64,000 nucleotides of DNA from an uncultured Fibrobacterota bacterium (GCA_963753345.1 CAVWBU010000028.1:8972-72971), one strand, 5' to 3'; positions 20,147 to 31,678 are shown, counted from the first letter of the stretch. The notes: generated from the sequence alone by a model not told the origin. Program-made: numbers and translations.

Positions 20147-21574
20147 ATGATGAAACACAGGCTTTGCACTGCAGCGATTATCAGCCTTGTGTGCCTGAGC
20201 GGTTTGCTAATGGCCGCAAACGCCGAAGGGATTGACACTGCAAGCTCAACAGCATTGTCGCCGGGTCTGACCACGCTCGGCATGCGTTTCACCGGTTTTC
20301 TGTCCTCAGAATTCGGTCAACTGGACAATCCCTACATGCTTTCACAGTCGACCGGGCATCAGGATGTCATGAGAACTTACGTAAATTTCGGCGTCGCAAA
20401 GCAGTTTGGCGACCGGTTCCAGGTTCAGGCCGCGTTCGAGGGAAAGATGTATTACAACTCGTTCAACCAAAATGAGAAAGGCGGCGTGGAAGGATTCTTC
20501 CTGCCCGCGATGTATTACTCACTTTACTTTGACCGGGCCTTTGGCAATTTCTACCTCGGTGATGCCGCATCGCCGTACCTGCAGTTCACCCTGGGATACT
20601 TTCCGTTCAAGTACAATCCGGAAGCCCGCGATCTGGGGGAATATCTTTACAGAAGCGGAGCCTACCCGGCGGTTCTCTTCAATCAATTCGATTTTGCGAT
20701 GGCAAGACTTCTGGGCTTGAAGGTGAGCAGCGATCTTGGGGGCTTTTTTCACCAGGACCTTCTTCTGACTGCGTCCACCGATATGCCGCCGTTTTTCGAT
20801 TTGAACCTTGGTTATATCGCAACGTTCGATGCCGCGAAAATCTTCAACATAAGCATAGGCGGCATGTATCAAAGTCTCGTGCCTGCCGATGAAGGCGTGA
20901 CGTCTCCCCATACGGAGTCTCCCGGAGCTTTTCCCGCATCCAACGGCAATGCGTACAATGTTGTGACGGACAGCACCGGAGCCGTGGTTTCTGCGGATTA
21001 TTACACAGCCGCGGGCCTCAAGCTCATGGCGCGTTTTTCATTTGACCCCAAGCGTTTCTGCCAATCGTGCGACCACTTTACGTTCATAGGAAAAGAGGGA
21101 TTGAAAATCTACGGCGAAGCGGCAATACTGGGCGTGCAGAGCTATCCTGCGAGCCAAGACAACCCCTACGGTTACGACACGCTCATGCACAAGATTCCGA
21201 TCATGCTGGGCCTGAACCTGCCGTCGTTCGACTTCGGGAAATTCAGCATCTTCGACGTGCTTACGGGGCAGGTCGAGTACTACGGCTGCACCTACCCGAA
21301 CAATTATCAATACAAGGACCAGGCCGTCTATCAGCCGGTTCCGGTCCCGTCCGGCCAAATTCACCTGGATGCCCACAACTACGCCAGTCTTGATAACTGG
21401 AAATGGGCCGTCTATGCACAGAAAACCTTCAAGAACGGCCTTTTTATCGTGGGACAGGTCGCGTGCGACCATATCCGGAACGAATCGCCCGTCAATAATT
21501 TCTACGATTCGGAGGAAGCGTTGCGCTCCGATCGTTCCTGGTGGTGGGTGCTTAAGCTGGGATATAAATTCTGA
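20147..21574 (+). CDS. Hypothetical outer-membrane beta-barrel protein
   Basis: RBS AAGGAG, signal peptide, aromatic-rich amphipathic strands, C-terminal WWWVLKLGYKF. Confidence 0.7.
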   Translation: MMKHRLCTAAIISLVCLSGLLMAANAEGIDTASSTALSPGLTTLGMRFTGFLSSEFGQLDNPYMLSQSTGHQDVMRTYVNFGVAKQFGDRFQVQAAFEGKMYYNSFNQNEKGGVEGFFLPAMYYSLYFDRAFGNFYLGDAASPYLQFTLGYFPFKYNPEARDLGEYLYRSGAYPAVLFNQFDFAMARLLGLKVSSDLGGFFHQDLLLTASTDMPPFFDLNLGYIATFDAAKIFNISIGGMYQSLVPADEGVTSPHTESPGAFPASNGNAYNVVTDSTGAVVSADYYTAAGLKLMARFSFDPKRFCQSCDHFTFIGKEGLKIYGEAAILGVQSYPASQDNPYGYDTLMHKIPIMLGLNLPSFDFGKFSIFDVLTGQVEYYGCTYPNNYQYKDQAVYQPVPVPSGQIHLDAHNYASLDNWKWAVYAQKTFKNGLFIVGQVACDHIRNESPVNNFYDSEEALRSDRSWWWVLKLGYKF

Positions 21575-21743
21575 CAAGACCCGGGAACCAGTCCCCTGCC
21601 GGACAGGCGCAACGAAGCCTTGTCCGGCAGCAGCGGCTATTTGTTTTATCATGTTGCGCGATTGTCAAGCAGCCATCCGGAAATTGCAACCAACGCATCC
21701 TCTGCGGAAAACCCCGATGACGGAAGAAAATAAGGGCGGGTGA

Positions 21744-22301
21744 ATGTCAAGCCATCGCACGGCATCCGTCATTGCGCTCTGGGCGGGCATTGTCGCGCTC
21801 ACGCTGGGCATCGGCTTCATCGATTACGTCACCGGCTACGAGTTCAATTTCTTTGTTTTCTATTTTCTTCCCATCAGCATGGCGGCATGGTTTCTCGGAA
21901 TAGTGCCTGCCGTGGCCATGTCGCTGGTTTCGGTCACCATCTGGTATCTTGCCGACTATTACACCGGCCACCGGTATTCAACCTACCTGTTTGCGATCTG
22001 GAACACGATAATACTTCTCGTGTCATTTCTTGCCATAGGCTGGACCATGGCGCGGTTGCGCGAACTGCTTCAAAGGGAACGGCAAGTCCGGCAGAAACTG
22101 GAGCAGACCATTTCGGAGGTGAAAGTGCTGGAAGGCATTCTCCCCATTTGCGCCAGCTGCAAAAAGATCAGAAACGACAAAGGAGAATGGCAGCAGATCG
22201 AACAATATATCAGACAGAAAACCAACGCCGAATTCACTCACGGCCTGTGCCCGCAATGCGGGCAGAAGCTCCTGCGCGATGCCGGTATCGGCGGCAACTG
22301 A
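21744..22301 (+). CDS. Membrane protein with a 4-TM sensor-like domain (DUF4118-like), coiled coil and C-terminal Cys/His zinc-binding-like motif
   Basis: Four hydrophobic helices, then LPICASCKKIR..W..IEQYI..FTHGLCPQC. Confidence 0.8.
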   Translation: MSSHRTASVIALWAGIVALTLGIGFIDYVTGYEFNFFVFYFLPISMAAWFLGIVPAVAMSLVSVTIWYLADYYTGHRYSTYLFAIWNTIILLVSFLAIGWTMARLRELLQRERQVRQKLEQTISEVKVLEGILPICASCKKIRNDKGEWQQIEQYIRQKTNAEFTHGLCPQCGQKLLRDAGIGGN

Positions 22302-22360
22302 CGGGAAGCTTGGTTTTTTGCAACGCGGGTTGTCCCGCATAATCCGAGGAGGCATGCTTT

Positions 22361-23380
22361 ATGACGCACATCAAATCGCTCTGTCGTGTTTCGGTCCTGT
22401 CCGCGGCGATGTTTTTGGCACTGGCCTGCGTCTGGCAATCAACGGCCGGCGCAACGGCGAACCGCCATCATGCTTCGCACGCGGTGCAGCCGCGCTCATT
22501 GGAAATGCAAGGCGCAAAGGATGCGAGCCAGCCCGGCCAGAAAACCATTGACCAGGATCTCGACACCCTTTTCGCAAGGACAAAAACCACGTTCGACAAA
22601 ATGGCAACTTCCGCGGTTCTAAAGTTCCCCAAGCCAAAGCCGGTGAACGCCCTTTTCTGGAAGACGCTCAAGGCCCACCAGCCATGGCATTCGCTGCTCC
22701 GGACCGACAAGAAGGGTGCGGTTGTCAATGAGGTGATCAGAATCGAGGGCGAGTCGAAGGAGAAGCGCTCGGTGGCCGGCGAGGTATGGTTCGCGCAGGT
22801 TTCAAAGACCATGAAAGAGCATTTGAGCATCGTCAAGAACGAGAAGACCGGCAGATACTACCTGATCTGGGCCGCGCCCATCGTTGCGAAGGTAAAGGGA
22901 TCGGAAACGTTCCAGGGCGCGGTGGCGGCGCAAATCGACCTGTGGGACTGTTTCGACCGGTATTCCGACAAATCAACGACGCCGTTCAAGATCCACATCC
23001 TGGACCGCGTGGTCCTATTCGAGCACCTGTGGAGGGACACCATCAAGTACGCCGAGAAGCACCTTATTGTTCCCGGAATCGACAAGATCACGGTGCGGTA
23101 TCCCAGGATGGAGAACGAGGCGGCCGCCGTGGGCGCTGCCGATTCCGTGGCGCTCGAGTATGCGCGGCTGGATTCGATACGGATCAAGGCTGCAGGCGAT
23201 TCGGCCGCCAAGGCGGCTTTGGTAAAAAAGGCCAGGTCGCATAGGGCCGCCATCATAACGATAGCGGCAATAATCGGGTTGCTGGTCCTCCTCGTGGTGG
23301 TGGTCCTGTACGCAAGAAGCCGCAGGCGGCCGGAAAAAACCGGCACGGATCAAGGCAGAGACCGTTTCGGCAATCTTTGA
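22361..23380 (+). CDS. Hypothetical exported protein with a Cache/PDC-like domain and C-terminal TM anchor
   Basis: RBS GAGGAGG, signal peptide, W(F)..TGRYYLIWAAPI..FQGAVAAQIDL Cache-like motif, C-terminal hydrophobic helix followed by a basic stretch. Confidence 0.6.
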   Translation: MTHIKSLCRVSVLSAAMFLALACVWQSTAGATANRHHASHAVQPRSLEMQGAKDASQPGQKTIDQDLDTLFARTKTTFDKMATSAVLKFPKPKPVNALFWKTLKAHQPWHSLLRTDKKGAVVNEVIRIEGESKEKRSVAGEVWFAQVSKTMKEHLSIVKNEKTGRYYLIWAAPIVAKVKGSETFQGAVAAQIDLWDCFDRYSDKSTTPFKIHILDRVVLFEHLWRDTIKYAEKHLIVPGIDKITVRYPRMENEAAAVGAADSVALEYARLDSIRIKAAGDSAAKAALVKKARSHRAAIITIAAIIGLLVLLVVVVLYARSRRRPEKTGTDQGRDRFGNL

Positions 23381-23452
23381 CCTTGGCTGAGAAGAAGACA
23401 AGATACGAGAAGAGTTGGGCGTTCCGCAGCGTTATAAGAGAATAATGGAGTT

Positions 23453-23846
23453 GGGCGTTCCCCTCGCGGGGCTCGGGTCGGCCGTCCTTACGGTCTCGGC
23501 CTTCGGCCTCGGGCTGCCTGCCACAAGGGCCTGCGGGCCGTGGTCAGGCAGCACCGCGCTCCAGCGCGGCCTCCAGTCCTGCCTAACGCGCGGCAGAAGA
23601 GATATATTCAGTCAAGTGGATTCTCTTACGCCAGACTGAATTCTCAAGGAGAAAACAACGGCTTCTCTTTGAACTTCTCAACTCCTAAACTCCTCAACTT
23701 TTCAACACTTTTTCTTTTCAACTGCTCTCCTTGGGTGCCCCCACACAGGTGCTTGACTCTTGCAACTGTCTCCACAAGGGGTGCACCCTGGAGGGGGTAG
23801 CGGAGGACCGCTGAAGGCGGGCCGGTGCGAGGGGGGGCCTTCCCCC
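23453..23846 (+). repeat. Composite structured repeat: module B (23453-23589) + spacer + module A (23733-23846)
   Basis: GGGCGTT...CCTAACGC closing stem with internal hairpins, then GGGTGCCCCC..GGGGTGCACCC and GGGGG..CCCCC. Confidence 0.85.
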
Positions 23847-23888
23847 GCCAGACATCTGTTTGTATTTGTATTTAGTATTTGTCAACCG

Positions 23889-26800
23889 TCAACTGTCAAC
23901 TTCTTCTACCCCCCCCCCCCCCCCGTCCAGCACTCCCCTCACCGCCTGCAAAAGGTCGCGCACGGCATACGGCTTGTGCAAAAAACGGAAGTTGTTCTCC
24001 TTGATAAAATCCCAATGCGCCTTTTCGTCAGTGTAGCCGCTCGTGATGAGCACCTTGAATTTCCCGCGTTTGAGCAGATCCTGCACCATCAGGATGCCGG
24101 ACCTGTCGGGGAGAACGACATCGCTGAACACCAGGTCGAACTTGCCGTTTTCCCTTTCGAACAGCTCCATCGCCTCTTTCGCGTTCGAAACCGCAAACAC
24201 GGAATATCCGTTTGTCAATAGCAATTCCTTCGCGATCGCGCGCACCTCGGCCTGGTCCTCAACGATCATGACCCGCTCGCCTTTTCCTTCCAGGGAAGCA
24301 GCGCCGGCCTTCTCTTTGCTTTGCTGTTCGGGACTCGCTGACGAAGCCGGAAAATAGGCGCTGAACGTGGTCCCGTGCCCGGGTTCGCTGTAAACGTCTA
24401 TCCAGCCCTTGTGCTGCTGGACAATGCCGAACACCACCGACAATCCGAGCCCTGTTCCCTTGCCTGCCGGCTTGGTGGTGAAAAACGGCTCGAAAATGTG
24501 CTGCTGCGTCAGTTCATCCATGCCGGTGCCGGTGTCCGACACCGAGATGCGGACAAAGCGTCCGGGGCGGGCCGTCTTGCTCGTTCGGCAATACTCTTCG
24601 TCAATGGTCACGTTCTCGGTCTTCATGAATATTTTTCCGCCTTCCGGCATTGCGTCCCTTGCGTTCACCGCCAGGTTCATAAGCATCTGCTCGATGTTCC
24701 CCTCGTCGCCGAGAATGGTCCAGACGCCCTTTTCCAGGCCGGTCTCAATCACAATGTCCTCACCGATAAGCCTGTCGAGCATTTTGAGCAGGCGGGTGAT
24801 GGCGGCGTTGACGTCCATGGGCATCGGCTCCATGTGCTGTTTCCTGCTGAAAAGAAGGAGCTGGCGCACCACGCCCGCTGCCTTGTCCGCCGCAACGCTC
24901 ACCTGTCTCAGATCCCTTTGCACCGGATCGGATTCGTCTATTTTCCCAATGGCAAGGGTCGTGTAGCCGGAAATGGCGCAGAGAAGATTGTTAAAGTCGT
25001 GCGCTACGCCGCCGGCCAATGTGCCCATGGCCTCCATTTTCTGGGCCTGGAGAAGCTGGATCTGTAGGTTTTCCCTTTCCTTTTCATGCTGTTTGCGCTC
25101 GGACACGTCGCGGAAAATCCCCAGCATATAGTCGCGGCCGTTCATTTGTACCCGTGCGGCCCTGATTTCCACCGGCGTCAATGCGCCGGATTTGGAAATG
25201 ATCTGGTCGTCGACCGTGATACCCGGATCGTCTGTCTTATGCTTAACAAAGGCCGCCGATTGACCGTTGAGAAGATTTTGGGCCGGATGAATAACCGACT
25301 GCATCTGCCCCACCAGTTCCGTTTTGTCCATGCCGACCATGCGGCACAATGCCTGGTTGCATTCCACTATTTTTCCCGTTTCGGAATCGGCAAGCGCAAT
25401 GCCGTCCTTGGCGTCGTCGAAGAGCGTGCGGTAACGCTCTTCGCTTTCTTGCAATGCCTTCTCCGATTGCTTGCGTTCGGTGATGTCATGTACATTTTCT
25501 ACAACCATGGTGACATTGTTATTATTGTCAAATATTGGATAAGCGCTTACTTCCTTGAACAGCTTGGTATATTCGTTGTAATATTCGACAACAACAGGTT
25601 TCCCCGAGTTAAAGACACCAAAGGGCTCGCATGGTTCACAGGGCGAGTCTCGATGAATGAATGCCTCAAAGCAATGAGAACCTATGGGGAATTCGGTACA
25701 GCCGGCATAGAGAGGAGATTTCCAATTGGACTTTAGAATTCTTAGATTTCTGTCAACGACAGCAATGAGATCCTCAGAGGAGCTAAATACACTCTCGAGT
25801 AACTTGTTAGTATTCTGCAGTTCCTCCTCGCTCTTTTTGCGTTCGGTGATGTCGCGCTCGAGCGAAACTGCAAAAGTCTTTGAACCGACTTGCATTTCCG
25901 TGGCCGAGCACTCGAAATCCCGGACCGTACCGTCCTTGCATCGGTGTTTTGTCTCGAATACTTTCCCTAGTCGTGAAAGGATATTTTGCCGCATCTCATT
26001 GATCGTTTGGGAACCATCGAACGCCACATTTATGAAAGAAACCGGCTGGCCTATCAGCTCGTCTCGCGCGTATCCGAGGAGCCTCAAGGCCGCGTTGTTC
26101 GCATCCCGGATCACGGGCATGCCTTTCGGCGCAATCTCCAGTTGAAGTATGATGTCCGCTGCCTGCTCGAAGAGGATTCGATACCTCGCCTCGCTCTGGC
26201 GCAATGCCTTTTCCGCGAGTTTGCGTTGTGACAACCATTCGGTGATATCGCGGATGTTGCACTGGATCACTTTCTTTCGGCCCACAACATAGACATTGCT
26301 CACGAACTCCACGTCGATGCGCCGCCCGTCGGCGGTTTCCAGGGGCAGATCTACGTAACGGATGTATTCCTTTCGCTGCAATTCCAGGAAATTTTCTTTG
26401 TTGGCAATTATGTCCTTGAAGAGCCCCAGGTCCCATATTGTTTTTCCCATGAACTGTTCATGTGAATAACCCAGCAGTTTAATGAGAAATGGATTTACGT
26501 CTACAACCATCCCCGTCTCGGAATCAAGGATCAGAATTCCATCTTTCGCCGATTCGAAGAGCCGACGGTACCGGGCTTCCGAAATGCTTAAAGCCTCAGT
26601 CGTCAGTTTGCGCTGGATTTCCGCCTCGGCAAGCTTTTTCCTGTTCTCTATTTCCTCGCACGCGTGCTTCACCTTGACGGGCAATATTTCGTGAAACTGA
26701 ATGGACTTGGCGACATATTCCACGGCCCCGAGCTTCATCATCTCAACGGCGATCATCTCGTCGCCGTGACCCGTGATGATCATAAACGGGATTTCGAGGC

Positions 26801-27041
26801 CGCGGCCGCGCACCTTCTCCACGAACTCCCTTGCCGTCATGTCGGGCAGGGAATAATCGAGCAGCAGCAGCACATTGTCGGTATTTGACAATGCCGACAC
26901 ACGTTCCAGCGCTGTGGCGCCCGTAAAGAACCCCTCGGATTTCATTCCTGCCCCGTCAAGCAATCTGCGGATTGACTTGTTGAGCAGCTCGTCGTCTTCG
27001 ACGACAAGAATGGTGGTGGCGGATTTTGTGTTTTTGTTCAT
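23889..27041 (-). CDS. Hybrid sensor histidine kinase (REC-PASx4-HisKA-HATPase-REC)
   Basis: N-terminal REC ([12 protein letters not shown]), repeated PAS/PAC (RDITERK), H-box [25 protein letters not shown]-terminal REC. Confidence 0.95.
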   Translation of the reverse strand: MNKNTKSATTILVVEDDELLNKSIRRLLDGAGMKSEGFFTGATALERVSALSNTDNVLLLLDYSLPDMTAREFVEKVRGRGLEIPFMIITGHGDEMIAVEMMKLGAVEYVAKSIQFHEILPVKVKHACEEIENRKKLAEAEIQRKLTTEALSISEARYRRLFESAKDGILILDSETGMVVDVNPFLIKLLGYSHEQFMGKTIWDLGLFKDIIANKENFLELQRKEYIRYVDLPLETADGRRIDVEFVSNVYVVGRKKVIQCNIRDITEWLSQRKLAEKALRQSEARYRILFEQAADIILQLEIAPKGMPVIRDANNAALRLLGYARDELIGQPVSFINVAFDGSQTINEMRQNILSRLGKVFETKHRCKDGTVRDFECSATEMQVGSKTFAVSLERDITERKKSEEELQNTNKLLESVFSSSEDLIAVVDRNLRILKSNWKSPLYAGCTEFPIGSHCFEAFIHRDSPCEPCEPFGVFNSGKPVVVEYYNEYTKLFKEVSAYPIFDNNNNVTMVVENVHDITERKQSEKALQESEERYRTLFDDAKDGIALADSETGKIVECNQALCRMVGMDKTELVGQMQSVIHPAQNLLNGQSAAFVKHKTDDPGITVDDQIISKSGALTPVEIRAARVQMNGRDYMLGIFRDVSERKQHEKERENLQIQLLQAQKMEAMGTLAGGVAHDFNNLLCAISGYTTLAIGKIDESDPVQRDLRQVSVAADKAAGVVRQLLLFSRKQHMEPMPMDVNAAITRLLKMLDRLIGEDIVIETGLEKGVWTILGDEGNIEQMLMNLAVNARDAMPEGGKIFMKTENVTIDEEYCRTSKTARPGRFVRISVSDTGTGMDELTQQHIFEPFFTTKPAGKGTGLGLSVVFGIVQQHKGWIDVYSEPGHGTTFSAYFPASSASPEQQSKEKAGAASLEGKGERVMIVEDQAEVRAIAKELLLTNGYSVFAVSNAKEAMELFERENGKFDLVFSDVVLPDRSGILMVQDLLKRGKFKVLITSGYTDEKAHWDFIKENNFRFLHKPYAVRDLLQAVRGVLDGGGGGVEEVDS

Positions 27042-27054
27042 GGGTCGGCCTTTG

Positions 27055-27513
27055 TTAATGCGTTCCGTTTTTGTTCCCGTTTATCGTCGGCACTTCCACC
27101 ACCAGAAGGAACAGCCCCAGCTTGCGCACCGCATCAATGAACTTGTCGTATTCGATGGGCTTGGTGACGTAATTGCTGCACCCGAGTTCATGGCACTTGT
27201 CAACCTCTCGCGGATCGTCGGTGGTGGTGATCATTATCACCGGCAGCTTTTTGAGCTCTTTATCATCCTTTACCCGGCGCAGCACCTCGATGCCGTCAAC
27301 CTTGGGCATGCGTATGTCGAGCAGCAGAAGGTAGCCGGTGTCGCGCTTCCGATGCGGCCCCTTGCCATTTTCAAACAGGAAATCCAGGGTTTCCTGGCCG
27401 TCCTTGAACCGGATAATTTCGTTGAGCAGGCCCGCGCGCCGCAGGTTGCGGTCTATGAGCGTGGCGTGGCCGTCGTCGTCTTCCGCGATAAGGATGATGA
27501 CTTCTTTTTTCAT
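27055..27513 (-). CDS. Single-domain response regulator (Rcp1-like)
   Basis: AEDD, LLDIRMPKVDG, PVIMITT, YVTKP. Confidence 0.95.
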   Translation of the reverse strand: MKKEVIILIAEDDDGHATLIDRNLRRAGLLNEIIRFKDGQETLDFLFENGKGPHRKRDTGYLLLLDIRMPKVDGIEVLRRVKDDKELKKLPVIMITTTDDPREVDKCHELGCSNYVTKPIEYDKFIDAVRKLGLFLLVVEVPTINGNKNGTH

Positions 27514-27569
27514 GGGAATCCTTTCGGAAATTGATTAAGAATGCCTGTTTGTTTTCTTTTTATCTTCTA

Positions 27570-27700
27570 ACCTCACCCCGGCCTTCGGCCACCCCTCTCC
27601 CACAGGGAGAGGGGAATTCATGCTTGTTTTTCTTTCGCCCCTCTCCCCGGGGGCGACCCTTGGAAGTGCCCGAAGGGGCAAGAGGGGCCGGGGGTGAGGT
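27570..27700. repeat. CCTCACCCC..CCCTCTCCC/GGGAGAGGG-class palindromic repeat with a nested 27-bp mini-element
   Basis: ACCTCACCCCGGCC ... GGCCGGGGGTGAGGT outer arms and two CCCTCTCCC hairpins; CGACCCTTGGAAGTGCCCGAAGGGGCA sits inside the second. Confidence 0.75.
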
Positions 27701-30700
27701 TACCTTCCCGGCAGCTCCACATAAAACCTGCTTCCCTTGCCCGGTTCCGATTCCAGCCGCACGTTGCCGCTGAGCCTTGCGACAATTTTCTTGACAATTG
27801 CAAGCCCCAGCCCTTCGCCTTCGCACGCCTTCGGGTCGAGCCGGTGAAATATTTCGAAGACCTTTGACTGATGCTCAGGCGAAATGCCAACGCCGTTGTC
27901 TTCGATGCAGTATTCGGAAATGCCTCTTTGGGTTTTGCCCGAAATCCGGACAACGGCCGGACGGTCCGGCGCCGCATATTTGAGCGCATTGTCAATGAGG
28001 TTTGTAAAGACCTGGTTCAATTGGTCGGGATCGCCGATGCACGGCGGCAGCGGTTCCGTCTCCACCGTGGCTTTGTTTTGTTGAATTTGGAACTCCATAG
28101 CTTTCAGGACGTGCGACAGCAGGCTGTTCATGTCGAGCTTCTGAAAATTGACCGCGACCCGGCCGAGCCGGGAAAGCTTGAGCAGGCCCTTGAGAAGAGA
28201 GTCCATTTTGACAACGCTCGCCAGAACGTAATTCTGGTCCTGGGGAAACTCCCGGATCATGATCTCGTCGAGTCTTGCGCGCTGCTTGGCGGGAAAATCG
28301 GCATGCGACGTAATCTCCGCAACTTCGTCGGCAAGAAGCCCCATTTCCCTGCTGAAGCCCTGCACGTTCACCAGCGGCGACCGCAGGTCGTGCGAGGCGA
28401 TATAGACAAGCTGCTCGAGTTCGGTGTTTTTCTGGAGAAGTTCGTTGTTCAGAAGGTTTATCTGTTCTTCGGCCAGTTTGCGCTCGGTGATGTCCTCAAT
28501 AGTGTCGTCGAAAAATATCCCGCCGTCTGCGTCGATTTTTTTTACTGCATGTATGCGGCACCAGATCAGCTTTCCCTTGAGGGTTTTGAACTTGACTTCA
28601 TCATCAACAAAACCCTTTGCCACAATGGCATCGCTTACGATCTTGCGCTGGCTTTCGTCCCAATAGATTTCGCTCGGATGAAGAGCCATCAACTGTTCAC
28701 GGCTGTCGGCTTCGAACATTTTAACCATGGCCGGATTCACATCGATAAAAGCCCCTTGGGGGCCCGGCGTGGTTCGAAGAAGACCAATGGCGACGTTGTC
28801 ATAAAGCTCCCGGTAAAGCCGCTGCGCTTCAGCCAGCTCCTTCTCGCTTTTTTTGCGCTCGGTGATGTCCTGGATTATGGCAAGGAAGTACATCAAGCTG
28901 CCCTGGCTGTTCCTCACGACGTTGATGCAGACATCGCCCCAGACAACCTTGCCATCCTTGCGCACATATCTTTTCTGCACCATGGAGCTCTTCTTCTCAC
29001 CCGTTGCAATGGCCCGCATGTCGGCCATGCCTATGTCAACGTCCTCCGGAAAGGTGACGTCGGCGATGGTCTTCTGCTTGATCTCATCCTCGCCAAAGCC
29101 CAGAAAATCGCAGAACGCCCTGTTGCAACCAAGGAACCGTTTGTCCATACCGACCGTGGCGATGCTCACGGGCGCCTGATCGATGGTGAGCTGCAGTTTC
29201 TCCCTGCTCTCCTCAAGCTTCTCCTGCGTCTGCTTGCGCTCGGTGATGTCGCCCACAATGTGAACATATCCCGAAACGCGGCCGTTGCCGTCAAGGATGG
29301 GATCGACATACACCGCAAACCAGCGGTCGCCCATTTCCAGTTCCATGGACTCCCGGTGAAGGCTGTTTCTCGCGCGCAGCACCGGACACTCGGGAATCGC
29401 GTCGGCCGTACCGTGCACTATTTCCCAGCAATGCTTGCCAATCATTTTTTCGCGGGAAAGATTGAATATCTTCTCGGCCATTTTGTTGGAGCGGACTATC
29501 TTCTGGTCTTTGTCAAGGAGCCAGATCGCGTCCAGGTCGGCATCAAAGGTCTTCTGCCATTCATTGCCCACACGTGCCAGCGATTCTTCCATTTCCTTCT
29601 GCTGGGTGATGTCGATAACGGAGGTAATGAAGTAGAGCGCGTTGCCCTTTTCGTCCCTCTGCAGCGCCGTGCCAACATCGGTCCAGACAACGTCGCCGTT
29701 TTTCTTTATGTATCTCTTTGTGAACCGGGCCGCCTTTATACGGCCTGACAATACCTCGTCGATATTCTTCTGCGTCAATTCGGCATCGTCCGGATGGGTT
29801 ATCTGCTGCCATTTTTTGTTTGCAAGTTCCTCCTTGGTGTATCCCAGCATGTCGCAGAACGCAGCGTTGACATTCACATGGCCGTCGGGCAGGGTGATGG
29901 ATTTTCCAACATTCGAGTTGTCGAACACGTTGCGGAATTTCTCCTCGCTTTCCTTCAACCCCGTTTCGGCCAGATATTGTTTTCTGAAGATTCTCCGCTC
30001 GCGCATCATCCACCACATCACCAGCAGGGACCCGGCGGCAATAATAACAAGACCCGCTCCAATCATTATGGCCCTCGCGGCGGCCCGGAGCGGTGCAAGC
30101 ACTTCCTCTTTGTCCACCTTCGCAATAATATACCACGGCGAGTCGGGAATGCGCCTGCCGACCGCAAATACCTTTGCGCCGTGGTAATCCGTGCCTTCCA
30201 TCAGCCCTTCCCTGCCGCGGGCGAACTGCGCCGCAGGAAGGTCCTCGGTTCCAACAGGAAACCGGAGATTCAAGGCAGCGCCTTGCCGGAACTTCAGATC
30301 GTTCAGAAACACGATTTTGTTGCCGTCCTGCCTGAACAGAAGGGTCTCCGAAGTTTTGCTCGGAACGGGCCAGGTGCTGATAAGCGGGTATAAAAATTGT
30401 TCCGGCGCGCACCGCAGGACCACGACCCCGGCAACGGCGGCCGCGGTATCGGGCCCGAGCAGGGGCGCAAGCAGGTCGAGCCGAGTGCGGCTGCAGCCAG
30501 GGCACCGGTAAAAATCCACAAACCTCATTTTTCTTTCGGCAACCACCTGTTTGATGGCGCCCGTGTCGAGATACAGCGGCAAGTTCGCCGTGTCGCCCAT
30601 TTTGTCAATCATCCGGCCTTCAGGGTCGGTAACGATCAGCGATTGATACGCGTATTCCTTTTTGCCGGTGGTGAGTATGGGGCCGATCCTGCGCAGGCAG

Positions 30701-30972
30701 TTGCGGAGCGTTTCTTTTCCGCCGCTGCCATTAAAAAGCAGGCCGCCCCGGGAAAGCACCTCGGCGTCGCCGAGCCGTTCCCGCCTCCAGGCGGCAATCT
30801 GTTCCATCTTGAGGTTTGCAATGGCGGAAAGCTCATCCTTGACTTTTGCTACAAAGCGCATTTCCTCAAACTGGTAATACTGCCAGGCCCCAATGACAAT
30901 TGCCGCCAGCAGCACGGCAAATAGGCCTGCCGCAAGATATGGAAACCGGGGATTGATCCGTTTCTTTTCCAT
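27700..30972 (-). CDS. Membrane sensor histidine kinase (periplasmic Cache-like, PASx4, HisKA, HATPase)
   Basis: Two TM helices, four PAS/PAC repeats, H-box ASHDLRSP, NLIDNALKY, GEGLGLA. Confidence 0.95.
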   Translation of the reverse strand: MEKKRINPRFPYLAAGLFAVLLAAIVIGAWQYYQFEEMRFVAKVKDELSAIANLKMEQIAAWRRERLGDAEVLSRGGLLFNGSGGKETLRNCLRRIGPILTTGKKEYAYQSLIVTDPEGRMIDKMGDTANLPLYLDTGAIKQVVAERKMRFVDFYRCPGCSRTRLDLLAPLLGPDTAAAVAGVVVLRCAPEQFLYPLISTWPVPSKTSETLLFRQDGNKIVFLNDLKFRQGAALNLRFPVGTEDLPAAQFARGREGLMEGTDYHGAKVFAVGRRIPDSPWYIIAKVDKEEVLAPLRAAARAIMIGAGLVIIAAGSLLVMWWMMRERRIFRKQYLAETGLKESEEKFRNVFDNSNVGKSITLPDGHVNVNAAFCDMLGYTKEELANKKWQQITHPDDAELTQKNIDEVLSGRIKAARFTKRYIKKNGDVVWTDVGTALQRDEKGNALYFITSVIDITQQKEMEESLARVGNEWQKTFDADLDAIWLLDKDQKIVRSNKMAEKIFNLSREKMIGKHCWEIVHGTADAIPECPVLRARNSLHRESMELEMGDRWFAVYVDPILDGNGRVSGYVHIVGDITERKQTQEKLEESREKLQLTIDQAPVSIATVGMDKRFLGCNRAFCDFLGFGEDEIKQKTIADVTFPEDVDIGMADMRAIATGEKKSSMVQKRYVRKDGKVVWGDVCINVVRNSQGSLMYFLAIIQDITERKKSEKELAEAQRLYRELYDNVAIGLLRTTPGPQGAFIDVNPAMVKMFEADSREQLMALHPSEIYWDESQRKIVSDAIVAKGFVDDEVKFKTLKGKLIWCRIHAVKKIDADGGIFFDDTIEDITERKLAEEQINLLNNELLQKNTELEQLVYIASHDLRSPLVNVQGFSREMGLLADEVAEITSHADFPAKQRARLDEIMIREFPQDQNYVLASVVKMDSLLKGLLKLSRLGRVAVNFQKLDMNSLLSHVLKAMEFQIQQNKATVETEPLPPCIGDPDQLNQVFTNLIDNALKYAAPDRPAVVRISGKTQRGISEYCIEDNGVGISPEHQSKVFEIFHRLDPKACEGEGLGLAIVKKIVARLSGNVRLESEPGKGSRFYVELPGR

Positions 30973-31431
30973 GCAGAAAAACCCCAGCGCGGGGAAAAGA
31001 CTTTTCGGAAGCGGAAATCTTCGGGAAGAATCGGCCCCTTGGGCCCGTCAACCGGGGATGCTGGAGGGTATTGACAAACTCAATCGCTACAAGCAAGCGG
31101 CCAAGGTGGCATGTGTAAGTATAGCACCGCGCGCGTGGGAATACAAGGTAATAAGGTAATACGGAGATATTTTCAGATACGGCGGCGGGGAAGCTTTACG
31201 TGCAGGATTACACCGTTTCCGTCAGAAAAAAGAAACATTCCTTGTTCCTATCCCATCGCCCATGCTGCGGGCATGGCGCCTATGGTGCCGCCGAACAGAC
31301 GGACGGCGGGATCAGGGGGACAAAGCCCTTTGCAAGCCTTAAAAACAAACAACCATCAGTTTAATCGCTTGGGCCACCTCTCGTTTATTATTTTTCCAAA
31401 TGATTAACAGCCTGTCAAAGGAGTCGAAAAT

Positions 31432-31674
31432 ATGCTCACGGTAAAAGCCAATCGGAGAACCGGGACAATCCGCCTGCCGAATGCTTCCCGCGGCTTTCTT
31501 GCTCGAGGGAACAAATTTATTTTTTCCCAAAGCGGCGACACGATACTGCTCAAGCAGATACAGGAAAAACCCTGGCCTGCTGATATCGGCAAATCTCCAA
31601 AACCGATGTTGTTGGAAGAAATTGATGCAATTGTCCATTCTGTCCGGAAAAAGTATGCAGGCAGAGGCCTTTAG
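31432..31674 (+). CDS. AbrB/MazE-like antitoxin
   Basis: RBS AAGGAG, GTIRLP..F..GDTILLK swapped-hairpin pattern, directly upstream of a PIN gene. Confidence 0.6.
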   Translation: MLTVKANRRTGTIRLPNASRGFLARGNKFIFSQSGDTILLKQIQEKPWPADIGKSPKPMLLEEIDAIVHSVRKKYAGRGL

Positions 31675-31678
31675 ATAA

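Noticed and set aside
23909-23924. 16-nt poly-C tract (also 44665-44675) as a phase-variation site
   Set aside because: It lies in the last codons of the gene or in a repeat tail, so slippage would have little effect, and homopolymer lengths are unreliable in this assembly.
27871-29748. 625-aa plus-strand ORF (also 38087-39682 and 44-610)
   Set aside because: Antisense shadows of well-supported minus-strand genes.
30975-31335. Riboswitch or ncRNA upstream of the kinase cassette
   Set aside because: Several short hairpins, but no riboswitch consensus I recognise; part of it is a family C repeat.
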